NCBI RefSeq assembly: GCF_004010195.1
Contig: NC_057718.1
Location: forward strand, 103,153,276-103,217,275
Direction of reading: 5' to 3'
Length of the DNA stretch: 64,000 nt
Source: Chiloscyllium plagiosum
Lineage: Eukaryota
Shown: positions 58,939-64,000 of the stretch, piece after piece
How the letters are laid out: each line of letters opens with the position of its first letter
Numbering within the stretch: position 1 is the first letter of the stretch
Program-made: the position numbers and the translations under genes
Notes under the pieces: model-generated
What the model was told of the DNA's origin: nothing
The model's input: only the letters and a program-made list of their open reading frames with translations
Databases searched by the model: none

Positions 58939-59220
58939 AAAGTGCTTTCTAGAATGGTTTGTACAATTTTTTTATTTTTAAAAAAAGTCCATTCTAAAAT
59001 GGTATTTTCTTTTTGTAAAGCAGTGCATTTTAAAATGGCTCGCACAATTTTTTATTTAAAAAGTGCATTCTAAAATGGTTTATACAATTGTTTTTATTTT
59101 AGAAAAAGTGCAGTCTAAAATGATTTACACGTTATTTTCTTTTGGTAAAGAAGTGCATTTGAAAATGGTTTATAAATTTTTTATTTTTTTTTAAAAAGTG
59201 CATTCTAAAATGGTTTATAC
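58939..59220. repeat. AT-rich minisatellite, 7 units of about 36-45 bp
   Basis: Consensus AAAAGTGCATTCTAAAATGGTTTATACAATTTTTTATTTT. Confidence 0.9.
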
Positions 59221-60419
59221 ATCATACAGATTTGATGATAGCTTCATTTAATGAACCCACTCTGGTGTACTCGTGACCGCAATTACACATCGACTTTGCT
59301 CATAAATTACTTCTCAACCTTTAAATATCACTTCTGACAAACAAAAGAAAGAATATGTAACTGAATTTCCTGAAGGGTTTGAAATATCAGGTTGGGATTA
59401 TTATTGTTTATGTCTCTGTTTTTGTAGCTCTGATGTCTCCATAGTCTGCTGTGTTCTGTGCCTGGCACTGATGGATGACCAACACAGTAGCTTATTGGAA
59501 ATGGGTTGATTTATAACCCTCCGTCTTTCAATCTAATGGCTTCATTTCTTTTCCAACAGCACATGATGTCACAGCCAAGGTCACCCCGCCAATGCCCTTT
59601 CTGTTGTCTGGTTGCTGATGGCCAGATTGTTTGAGATTCAGGCGTGTGAGAAGGTAGCCTTTAATTTTTAATTTTTTTCCCCTTCTCTCTCTCTCTTTCT
59701 CTTCTTGATAAGTATAAGCCAACAGTAGATTAAATGCCTTCTTATATTCAGTTCACACTGCTTGTCAGACAGTGGGCTGCTTTATGATGCTGGGTGAGAA
59801 ACTGCATTACTCACATCTCCTTTAAATGACCAACATCAAATATATACAGCTCCCATTAAGGGCAGAATCAATAAAAATACCATTAAGATAGTAAAAGTTG
59901 CTGATATTAGTGGAGCCCAAACAAAATATTTGATTTTCTTTCAGATAGTTAGTGAGATGGGATAGAAACACTCTGAGAAAAGAGATCAGGCTATGCCTAT
60001 GGTCAATAATTTATCTCTCAGATTCATATGGGTATATCTCCAGATATTGCCTTCTGTCTATTGATTTCCACATCATGATTTGTCATAAGCCACCCCTAAC
60101 TCAAGGGGAAAATATACCCTGTGTCCAGTCAGGCCATGCTGATAGAATGGAGAGAGGTTTTCATTAAATTCAAAACTCCTGGGCTCCATCACAACTCGTA
60201 GGCATTTTACAACACTCAGTTCCTGCAAACTGGTTTTTATCTGTAAGCACGCAGGGAAGCAAGTGATTTATTTCAAACTGTTTGTTTCTTTTTAAACCTC
60301 CATAAGAAGTCATTTGAAACATATGGACTCAGCAGTTATATGCAATGGGGGTGCTTTCACGATGCCGTATTCCTATTAGCGACAAGGACAACAGTGAGGA
60401 CCTGACTTCGCCGGCTGAT

Positions 60420-62030
60420 GTATGTGTTTCCACTGCTTCCCAACATGCCCCCTTGTTCCCCCCTCCCCACCCCAACCCCCTGGCTCCACATCCTATCAAC
60501 CACAACCAGGGTGGATCCTCTATTCAGCAGAAGGGAGAACATGTCAGAGACAACTCTTTGGAAGGTGGCATCATCTGAACAGATACAAAAGAGATGGGGA
60601 ATGGGATGGAGTCCTTACAGGAAGCAGGGTGTGAGGATATATAGTCCAGGTAACTATGGGAGGGGCGAGTTTGCAGTGGATATCAGTAGCTGGCCTATCC
60701 CTGGAAAAGGAAACAGAGATGACGAGGAAGGGAAGGGAGGAGTCAGAGTTGGACCGGCTGAAGGCGAGGGAAGGACTGACATTGGAAACAAATTGGATAC
60801 ATGTGTTTTCTATTTGCGGGTGAGACAGGAAGCAGCACCAATAAACATTGTCAATGTATTGGAGAGAGGGTTGTGGGTCAGATACTGAGTGGGACTGGAA
60901 TGAGGAATACAGGCATTGGCCTGGCGGTATTATTGTGAAGCTATTAATCCAGAGACCCAGGTAGTGTTCTGAGGTCCTTGGTTCAAATCTTGCCAAGGCA
61001 GATAATGGAATTGGTATTCAAGAAAAAATTGGAATTAGGAGTTTAGTGATGATCATGAAGCTATTGTCAATTGGAAAACCCATCTGGTTCACTAGTACCC
61101 TTTGGGGAAGGAGACTGCTATCCTCACCTGGGCTGGCCAGCAATGTGGTTGACCCTTAACTGACCTCTGGGCAATAAGAGATTGACAATAAATGCTGGCC
61201 CAGCCAGTGACACCAATATCCAATGAATTTTTAAAAATCACCCCACAAAGGGACAGCATTAACTGGGACCCATGCAGGGTACCCATAGCCACATCTTTGA
61301 CAAAAGTGAGACGTGTTAAAGGGAAAGTTGCTCAAACCCAGGAGCGGTTCAGCCAGGCAAAGGAGGTCAGTGATGGCTGGGGACAGTTCAGGCCTCCTTT
61401 CATGGAGGAAGCAGAGAGCCTTCAGACCATCCTGATGGGCGATGGGCTGTGTCAAGGGGTTGCATGTCCATAACAAAGAGGAGGCAGGTAGCAGCAGAAA
61501 CTGGAAATTGTGGAACCAGTGTAAAATGTCAGAAGAATCATAACTGGGGAGGGACTGAACACAGGAGGAAGAAATAGAATCAAAATGGAAAGATGTAAGA
61601 AATGAGTGGCACCGGAAGAGGATGAAACAATGGGGCTGCCAGGCTAATCCTGTCTGTGAATTGTAGGGACAAGGCGCAAGCCGCTTTGGGGGAATAATGA
61701 AGTGGGGTGCGATAAAGTGGAGTTAACTGGAGATTCTCAGGAGGACGAAGGGAATCCTTCAGGGATGTCCTCAAAAACTCCTGAAGAGGTCAGACACCAT
61801 GCTGACCCCTGGGAATCCCTGTCTGGTGATTGAACAAAGTGTAGAAGGCTCACTGGGAGACCTCATCGGGAATGCATGGAGGTGTTGGTCAAGGTGTCAC
61901 AGGGAGTGCACAATCCTCCAAGCTGCCCATCTACCCAAGCTTCCAAATCCTGCATGTGACAGAGTGGCTGAATCGCACATTAGGCTCATCAATCACCCCA
62001 GAGAGATGATCAGACCAGAGGAGTTATAAG
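60420..62030 (-). mobile_element. Penelope-like (Neptune-type) RT region, degenerate, split by a SINE
   Basis: IAHQDGLKALCFL..DLLCLAEPLLGLSNFPFN.SHF.Q; MAMGT; LQYIDNV; SDSSLPFLVISVS..ATDIHCK. The extent beyond about 61700 is uncertain. Confidence 0.75.
60915..61235 (+). mobile_element. tRNA-derived SINE with CR1/L2-type tail
   Basis: TAATCCAGAGACCCAGG..GGTTCAAATC..CCCATCTGGTTCACTAG..CAATAAATGCTGGCCCAGCCAG. Confidence 0.8.
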
Positions 62031-62590
62031 AGCTGTACATAAGGAGATAGTGTGATTCACTGCAGGAGAGGATCACCGGATTGATTCCAGCATTGTCAGA
62101 GCTGAGGCAGAGCGGAAATCAATTGCCTGGTGTTCAGAAGCAGGAAGGGGGATCTCATTTTACATTGCAACACACAAGGACTTGACGGCTGAGAGACCAT
62201 CACCTCTGCCATGTTGAGGAGCATAGTCCCCAGTGAGGAATATTCAGGACTGAAATCAGAAGCACTTCCTTCAGTCGGAGGATTGCATACCTTCAGAAAT
62301 TTCCAGCCGGCAGAGCGGAGCATTCTCAGTGCTTGAGACAATTCCAAAGTAAGACTAATTGACTCATGGCCCCTGAGAGATTCAAGACAAATGGGGGTAA
62401 GGCCGGAAAGTAGACTTAAAGTAGAAGATCAGCCCTGAACTGATCAAATAGTCATGATGTCACCTGATGAAGGAGCAGCGCTTAATAAGTTTGTGATTTC
62501 AGATAAACATGTTGAACTATAACTTGGTGTCATCTGACTTCTGACCTTATTATATGTTTTTTAGGCTTGAGGGGCTGAATGGCCTACTTC
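62030..62590 (+). mobile_element. Degenerate CR1 3' fragment with a family C PLE end inserted (about 62455-62548)
   Basis: CAGGAGAGGATCACC.GATTGATTCC..GGGGATCTCATT..AGATCAGCC|GGCTTGAGGGGCTGAATGGCCTACT; the insert CACCTGATGAAGGAGCAGCGCT..ATAAAC.TGTTG.ACTATAAC matches 48960-49035. Confidence 0.65.
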
Positions 62591-63280
62591 ATTGGCCTAG
62601 CTGAATCGCCAAGCTGTCATTGAAGGATATGTTGTGGATCATTGGTCAATCTGTGGGACTCTGTGACCCTCTAGCATGACAAGGGAAGATGGATGAAAAT
62701 TTCTTGGAGTTCTTTGCCTGTTCCATTTGGATTGTACTGAAAGATTAAACACTCTTAATTACAACGAAAACTGCTAGCGCAGGGGAAGATAACTTGGCTT
62801 GATAAATGTTGCCCTTTTTTAAGATAAGTTTGGCGCCTCTCTTAGTTAAACACTAATTCCACTGATAATAAACAGTGATCTACTGCCAGAATGGGCTGAC
62901 TTTAATAGGCGTGTATACTGCCGATATTACAAGTTGTTCTTGGGAGTGAACAAGACCATGAGATGCCAACTTTAGTCCCTTCATTCTGGAAATGTCACAG
63001 AGGTTTGGAAGTTCACCAATGTAAAAGAGGAGAGAGAGAAAGCATTGAGCTGGACACCCAGAACCTGCTGGGTACAATCGATGAAGACAGAAATTTTTAA
63101 AATGTGCTCAGAAAATCATGGTGTAATCAGAACAGAAAATGTGGCTTTATGAATGGGAATATGGACAGATTTATTTGGGGTTTTATTTTGCCTATGTAGC
63201 AAGTGAGGTAGATAAAGAAAAGGCCGTAAGTATGGGACTGAATTTACAGGAATTTGTATGTGGCTTGGATTGTCCCCATT

Positions 63281-63976
63281 ATAGAGTCATAGAGTCATCC
63301 AGCATGGAAACAAGACCCTTCGGCCCAACTAGTTCATGCCAACCATGTTCCCAAACTAAACTAGTCCCACCTGCCTGCTCCTGGCCCATCTCCCTTCCTA
63401 TTCATGTACTTATCCAAATGTCTTTTAAATGTTGTAACTGTACCCATATTCACCACTTCCTCAGGAAGGTCATTCCACACACAATCCACTCTATGTGTAA
63501 AACTGTTGTCCCTCACGTCCTTTTTAAATCTTTCTCCTCTCACCTTAAAAATATACCTGCTAGTTTTGAACTCTCAAAGCCTGGTGAAAAGACCCTTACT
63601 GGTCACTTTATCTATGTCCCTCATGATTTCATAAACCATTCCACCTCCTACATTCCATGGGAAAAAGACCCAGCCTCACTTTATAACTCAAACTCTCTAT
63701 TCCTGGCCATGATTCGGAGATGCTGGTGTTGGACTGGGGTGTACAAAGTTAAAAATCACACAACACCAGGTTATAGTCCCACAGTTTTAATTGAAAGCTA
63801 GTGTGCTTCCAATTAAACCTGTTGGACTTTAACCTGGTGTTGTGTGATTTGTAACTCTATTCCTGGCAACATCCTGGTAAATCTTTTCTGAATCCTCTCC
63901 AATTTAATAATATCCTTCCTGTAACAGGGTGACCAGAACTCCAGAAGAGGCCTCACCAACATCCTGTACAACCTCA
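63281..63976 (-). mobile_element. CR1 LINE 3' fragment, interrupted
   Basis: ORF 63361-63543(-) RGERFKKDVRDNSFTHRVDCVWNDLPEEVV..TFKRHLDKYM. Confidence 0.9.
63708..63854. mobile_element. Fold-back cassette, probable PLE family C (core deleted)
   Basis: Arms AAATCACACAACACCAGGTTA.AGTCC / GGACT.TAACCTGGTGTTGTGTGATTT; perfect 13-bp TSD CTCTATTCCTGGC at 63695-63707 / 63855-63867. Confidence 0.85.
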
Positions 63977-64000
63977 CAAAAAAAAGCTGGTGACGGCAAT

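Noticed and set aside
58939..59220. Repeat-spacer-like periodicity resembling a CRISPR array
   Set aside because: The intervening segments are related T-rich sequence, not unique spacers; the context is eukaryotic and there are no cas genes.
63139..63801. 220-aa plus-strand ORF
   Set aside because: Mostly antisense to a CR1 3' end and runs into a PLE cassette; no coding signal.

Overview
Vertebrate nuclear DNA, most likely from a shark or other elasmobranch. This is inferred from HE1/V-SINEs, Deu-domain SINEs, and abundant CR1, Rex1 and Penelope-like repeats. I find no intact host protein-coding gene, so the window looks like a large intron or gene desert. Roughly half is decayed mobile DNA: many 5'-truncated CR1 and CR1/L2-type LINEs, a Rex1 copy (1.3-3.0 kb), several tRNA-derived SINE families, a degenerate Gmr1-like Ty3/gypsy element with PR-IN-RT-RH order (34970-40494, minus), and a TA-flanked pogo/Tigger-like fold-back element (15680-17224). 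The most striking signal is a dense population of Penelope-like element (PLE) ends from about five sequence families. These families carry a minimal hammerhead-ribozyme motif (CUGANGA-stem II-GAAA-palindrome-UH), intact in some copies and decayed in others. Many are ORF-less 150-250 bp fold-back cassettes bounded by 13-17 bp target-site duplications. In one (15138-15283), two perfect 59-bp arms enclose exactly the 28-nt hammerhead core. PLE-associated hammerheads are known; the stereotyped cassette architecture seen here deserves testing. Repeat-free AT-rich islands with homeodomain-type motifs are candidate conserved non-coding elements. There are three N gaps. Repeat boundaries were read by eye and are approximate unless TSD/TIR coordinates are given.
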